This document shows positions 60,313-64,000 of a DNA stretch of 64,000 nucleotides, piece after piece. Each line of letters begins with the position of its first letter. The stretch's first letter is position 1. Position numbers and translations under genes: made by a program. The stretch is from Planctomycetota bacterium (GTDB taxonomy: Bacteria > Planctomycetota > UBA8108 > SXIK01): assembly GCA_965223845.1 (NCBI GenBank), contig CBDCXR010000004.1, forward strand, positions 7,296,001 to 7,360,000. Direction: 5' to 3'. The notes beneath the pieces were generated by a model, which worked only from the letters and a program-made list of their open reading frames with translations, was not told where the DNA came from and ran no database searches.

Positions 60313-61551
60313 GTGGCAGGCAGACATCACAAGACTATCGCTGGTCGCTGGGTTGTGCGCAGCCTCTACAAACACCCATCCGGGATCTGGTATGGACGGG
60401 TTCGGGACAAGAGAACGAACCGCCTCCACAAGGTCTCGTCCAGGGAAACGCAGAAGAGGAAGGCGGAGCAACGAATCCTTGAGTGGGTCGAAGAGAAACT
60501 GCGGCAGGAGGAGCTTGGAATTACCGAGCGCGTTTTGTTTGACCACGCTTTCCCCGACTGGATTGACCAGAAGGGTCAGTTGCGGGAACGAGTCCGACGT
60601 GGCTACGAGATGGATTTCAACGGGATCTACCTGCCGGCATTTCGCGGAAAACTCATCGATGCGATCGAAGTAAGGGATATCGAGGAGTTCAAACGCCTGC
60701 TTGAAGAAAAGCGAAACCTCGCCCCTCGGACCGTACAAAAGCACCTGGGAGTCCTTCGAGGCTTTTTCACCTGGGCACGTCGCCGCAAGTACTGTGCGGT
60801 CAATCCCTGCGAGGAGGTCACGGTCAAAAACGTGCGGTCCAAAAGAGATGTTGTCATACTCTCCATGCCGGAAGCAAAGCTACTGCTCAAAGCTTGCGAG
60901 GAGCCGTTCTACGTCGTCGATAGTAGGAAGAGCACGAAGTATCCCGCGTATCCACCGCCGTACTTGAGCGTCGCCGTTTTTCTCGCGCTCCGGCTCGGAC
61001 TGCGAAAGTCCAACATCCTCAATCTTCGATGGAAACAGGTGGACTTCGACAAGCAGACCGTGAAGATCCACGGCACTGAGATGAAGAACCACAAGTCTCA
61101 CGAGCTACCGCTGTCTCGCGAGGTTGTCGGGTTTCTCACCAAGTTGCACGAGAACAGCGGGACTAACGGGCAAGCTCCTTCGGGAGAGCAACCCGTCATC
61201 GGTCAGCGCATCCGCGATCTCAAGCGAAGCTTCCGCTCTGCTGCCGTGCGTGCCGACCTGGGACCGGACCTTCTGTTCCACCACCTTCGTCATTGCTTCA
61301 GTTCATGGCTGGCGGACAAGTGCACGTACCCGACGCTGCAAGCGTTGCTGGGTCACTCGATTCCAAACTCGGTTACCGGTCGGTACATTCACACTGGTCT
61401 CCCAGAGATGCGTCAAGCTCTGGAGAAGCTGGAGTGGTTGACCGAGAAGCCATTCGATTTCAAGATTCCACGGAGGCGCAATCCGAATTGGCAGAAACGT
61501 GTCGAGCAGGATCTTTTTGAGATCAAGGCTGCTCTTGCGCGCCGCGTTTAG
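60313..61551 (+). CDS. Tyrosine recombinase/integrase
   Basis: GLRKSNI (R), MKN (K), HHLRH, LGH and TGRY; SAM-like domain (APRTVQKHL...NPC). Confidence 0.93.
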   Translation: MAGRHHKTIAGRWVVRSLYKHPSGIWYGRVRDKRTNRLHKVSSRETQKRKAEQRILEWVEEKLRQEELGITERVLFDHAFPDWIDQKGQLRERVRRGYEMDFNGIYLPAFRGKLIDAIEVRDIEEFKRLLEEKRNLAPRTVQKHLGVLRGFFTWARRRKYCAVNPCEEVTVKNVRSKRDVVILSMPEAKLLLKACEEPFYVVDSRKSTKYPAYPPPYLSVAVFLALRLGLRKSNILNLRWKQVDFDKQTVKIHGTEMKNHKSHELPLSREVVGFLTKLHENSGTNGQAPSGEQPVIGQRIRDLKRSFRSAAVRADLGPDLLFHHLRHCFSSWLADKCTYPTLQALLGHSIPNSVTGRYIHTGLPEMRQALEKLEWLTEKPFDFKIPRRRNPNWQKRVEQDLFEIKAALARRV

Positions 61552-61770
61552 TCGGCGTCTTCGAGGTGTTGCCTACTCGCTCGATCCTGGGGCTGGGGAG
61601 GCTTGAGCGACGGGGTAACCGTCTGAGCGGTTCTGTGCCCAATAGCTTAAGCCCGTCAGGAGTCCAAGAAGTCCCACAGTCGGCTCCGAAGGTCTGTCCA
61701 GCCCACAGGACCAGAGGGCTGTCTTCGGGCACGTACAGGCGCTGAGGGCTTTGCCGAGCGGTATGAGCCG

Positions 61771-61805
61771 TTGCCGCTATGCTGACGTGCTGATATGGTG
61801 TCATC
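61771..61805 (+). promoter_or_regulatory. Sigma70-like promoter predicting a leaderless transcript of the RHH gene
   Basis: TTGCCG-17-TATGGT, then 6 nt to ATG 61806; no SD sequence. Confidence 0.5.
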
Positions 61806-62030
61806 ATGCCTAACAAGAAGTCCTCCAGGAGCAAGAAGCGTTCTCCGGCGAAAGTCCGACCCAGGGCAGGGGAAACAACCACGGAGACGCCCGGCGGACT
61901 CTTGCGAAAACAGGTCTACTTGCTCCCAGAGGAATGGGATGCCCTCCGAACGCGAGCCTTCGAGGAAGAGCGTTCTCATTCGGACATTGTTCGTGCAGCG
62001 CTCCGAGCTTACCTGGGTCTGAAGGGCTGA
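61806..62030 (+). CDS. Ribbon-helix-helix (CopG-like) DNA-binding protein
   Basis: RKQVYL strand followed by EEWDALRTRAFEE and SHSDIVRAALRAYL helices. Confidence 0.8.
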   Translation: MPNKKSSRSKKRSPAKVRPRAGETTTETPGGLLRKQVYLLPEEWDALRTRAFEEERSHSDIVRAALRAYLGLKG

Positions 62031-62039
62031 AGCGGACCG

Positions 62040-62210
62040 ATGGAACTTATCTTCTTTGTTCTGATCCTCCTCTGGTTCCGCCGCAAGCCGCGCAACGAGT
62101 CCGAGGAGATTGAGAAAGGGCTCCTCGCGACCATTCTCCTTGTCGCGGCGATCGCCACCATCGCCTCTCCGTCCTCTGCTCAGCGACCTCCAGAGAAGAT
62201 CGATCCGTAA
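62040..62210 (+). CDS. 56-aa hydrophobic peptide with two hydrophobic segments
   Basis: Not in the ORF track. My translation: MELIFFVLILLWFRRKPRNESEEIEKGLLATILLVAAIATIASPSSAQRPPEKIDP*; starts 9 nt after the RHH stop. Confidence 0.55.
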   Translation: MELIFFVLILLWFRRKPRNESEEIEKGLLATILLVAAIATIASPSSAQRPPEKIDP

Positions 62211-62671
62211 CCCCCTAAGATAGCAACAAGCGATCGATACTTCCTCCTGTCGTACGTGTCCGTCAGCCGTAGCGAGGAACACGCGGGAGCGAGCCCGCAG
62301 CGATAGCGGAGGTGAGCGGTAGCCGTGTTTCGAGTCTCGGCGTTCCCGGTGCCTGAAGACCCCTCTCCACGAATCCTGGAGCCCTTAGAACCTGCGACGG
62401 TTCGACCGGGGGTAACCCATTTCGGGAGGATCGCCTTGTCCAAGACGGGACGGAATCCCCATTGTAGATAGTTACGTCCGCTCTCGTCCGAAACGTTTCC
62501 GGCGACGACGGTCAACGTGGAGATTCCGGGGCTCTGATTCCTTGTTTCTGGAATCCTGCGAGACTCCTGGTCTGCCCGATGCGAGGCGAGGAGACCGGAC
62601 GACGCAAACGGGGCGTACGACTCGCCAGCCTGTCTCAGGACGAGCTGGGAAGGATCTCGCGGGGGAACTCA

Positions 62672-64000
62672 TCAGGCAACCTCCGTACTGAATGGCGGGG
62701 CATGGGAAGGAGGCAGTGAGCTACCCCGGTCCATTTTCGGTGGAGACTGGAAGACCTCCAGGGGAGGAACAGGAACGTTTACGTTTCCGTTGATGCCTTC
62801 GGTGCCCCAGAATCTCAACCGAGGGAGTTCCCCGCGCTGCCACTCGTCTACCTTCTTCGTCTCGCTTCCACACTTCCGACACTTGGTTGCCTCCCGCTCA
62901 CCGGCATCTTTCTGCACGTCCCGACCACCAGAGAGCTTCGTAGGAAGCGGACGATTCAGTAAACGGCAAAGCGCTGTGATCTTCTCTCTCTGCCCCCTCC
63001 CGTTAGCGAGGAAGCCGTAGTCGCGAGACTGCTTGAATCTCTTGGGGAGCGCGTGGCGAAGAAGACGAGTGATGAATTCTGGTACGCTAAGTGTCCAAGT
63101 CTTCTTGACGCGCTTTCGCTTGCCGTCGTTCCACTCCTCGCTCTCTAAAGTCACTTTACCATTGGTGTGGTCGATGATCTGCTCGTTGGAGATGGGACCC
63201 GTGGCGATCACCCTTCCAACGTAGCGGATCAGTGTGAGTGTTTCGTTCGTGGCTTTGATTTCGAACCAGAATCTCCATTCGAGGCTGGGGTTCTCCAAAT
63301 GCTTCCTGAGTTCCTGCGCGTCCTTCAGGTGCGCCTGCTTCCCGTAAAACTTCAGCTTCGGATGTACGGCAACGAGGCGTTCGATCATCTCCTCTCGAAA
63401 GACTCTTTCTAACAGCCGCTCAGGGAACGTGTCGTTTCGGAACCACTTGACACGCGAACGGTCAGCCGACAGTCCAACCGCCGGACCAATCATGTGTACG
63501 TGCGGATCGTAGAACAGATCCCCGGCTGCCGTCTGAACGACGGAGGTGAACCCGATTCCGGCTCCCAGCCTCTCCTCGGCGACTCTCTTCAGTGTCGCTG
63601 CCGTCGCGGCGAATAGGATATCCAGGACTATCCTTTTGTTGTCACCCCAGGCGAGCGATGCCAAGTCGGATGGTGGTTTCGGGACAGCGTGAAAGAATCT
63701 CACGTCAGGAGGATAGAGCGCTTTTCTGTTTGCCATCCACTTCGCCTTATCCTCGCGTCCGCATTTGGGGCAAAGCTTGTTTCCACAACTGAGGAACGAA
63801 GCTTGGCGATGTCCACATTCCTTGCAACTATGGACCCTTCCGCCGCACCTCAGCGTCTTGCAGATCGACATGGCGAGGAGCGCGTCTGCCTCTTCCCACG
63901 GGAGCCCACGATGCGCGTCGATGTAGGCGGAAGCATGCCGGCGAAGTAGATCCTGGACAGTGACCCTTCCCGTCTCTGGAGTCCTCTCAGAGTTCGTCGG
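62672..64000 (-). CDS. IS91-family (Y2/HUH) transposase-like protein, 5'-partial
   Basis: Zinc domain CKECG...SCGNKLCPKC, HUH motif PHVH, EFITRLLRHALPKRF...YGFLAN, C-terminal CRKC; frame is open to the window edge (VQDLLRRH...). Confidence 0.85.
   Translation of the reverse strand, partial: PTNSERTPETGRVTVQDLLRRHASAYIDAHRGLPWEEADALLAMSICKTLRCGGRVHSCKECGHRQASFLSCGNKLCPKCGREDKAKWMANRKALYPPDVRFFHAVPKPPSDLASLAWGDNKRIVLDILFAATAATLKRVAEERLGAGIGFTSVVQTAAGDLFYDPHVHMIGPAVGLSADRSRVKWFRNDTFPERLLERVFREEMIERLVAVHPKLKFYGKQAHLKDAQELRKHLENPSLEWRFWFEIKATNETLTLIRYVGRVIATGPISNEQIIDHTNGKVTLESEEWNDGKRKRVKKTWTLSVPEFITRLLRHALPKRFKQSRDYGFLANGRGQREKITALCRLLNRPLPTKLSGGRDVQKDAGEREATKCRKCGSETKKVDEWQRGELPRLRFWGTEGINGNVNVPVPPLEVFQSPPKMDRGSSLPPSHAPPFSTEVA

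Larger units (their letters stand above)
60121..64000. mobile_element. Left end of a tRNA-Arg-integrated element (continues past the window)
   Basis: att fragment, adjacent integrase and a composition shift to lower GC. Confidence 0.8.

Noticed and set aside
61523-62515. Minus-strand ORFs 61523-61882, 61656-62282 and 62180-62515
   Set aside because: No recognisable motifs, and they overlap the better-supported plus-strand RHH and peptide genes
1-64000. CRISPR array, cas genes or rRNA
   Set aside because: No regularly spaced direct repeats, Cas motifs or rRNA-like sequence seen

Overview
GC-rich chromosomal window from a diderm bacterium (lpxA, lptF/G). Planctomycetota or a PVC relative is inferred from the PVC-type L28, planctomycete-style dockerin-like motifs, DUF1080, a Hanks kinase/FHA pair and an ECF-like sigma factor. 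Most of the window is housekeeping: amino-acid synthesis (cimA, leuA, pheA fusion, ilvE, metX), haem synthesis (hemD, C, A, E, L), peptidases, pcnB, nrdJ and rpmB. There are two accessory regions. One is a less GC-rich ~6 kb island between hemD and hemC. The other is the left end of an integrative element at 60121, marked by a 3' fragment of tRNA-Arg(CCT), a tyrosine integrase, a ribbon-helix-helix gene plus small membrane peptide, and a divergent IS91-like HUH protein. Signals not in the ORF track: (i) a promoter with tandem NrdR boxes followed by ~1.45 kb of hairpin-rich, apparently non-coding leader before nrdJ; (ii) a Leu/Ile leader-peptide attenuator above leuA-cimA; (iii) a DAHP-synthase domain fused to PheA that has lost catalytic residues; (iv) twin MarR operators; (v) a REP-like inverted motif that brackets the island; (vi) non-cellulosomal cohesin/dockerin-like proteins. 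All calls come from reading motifs by eye; no searches were run.
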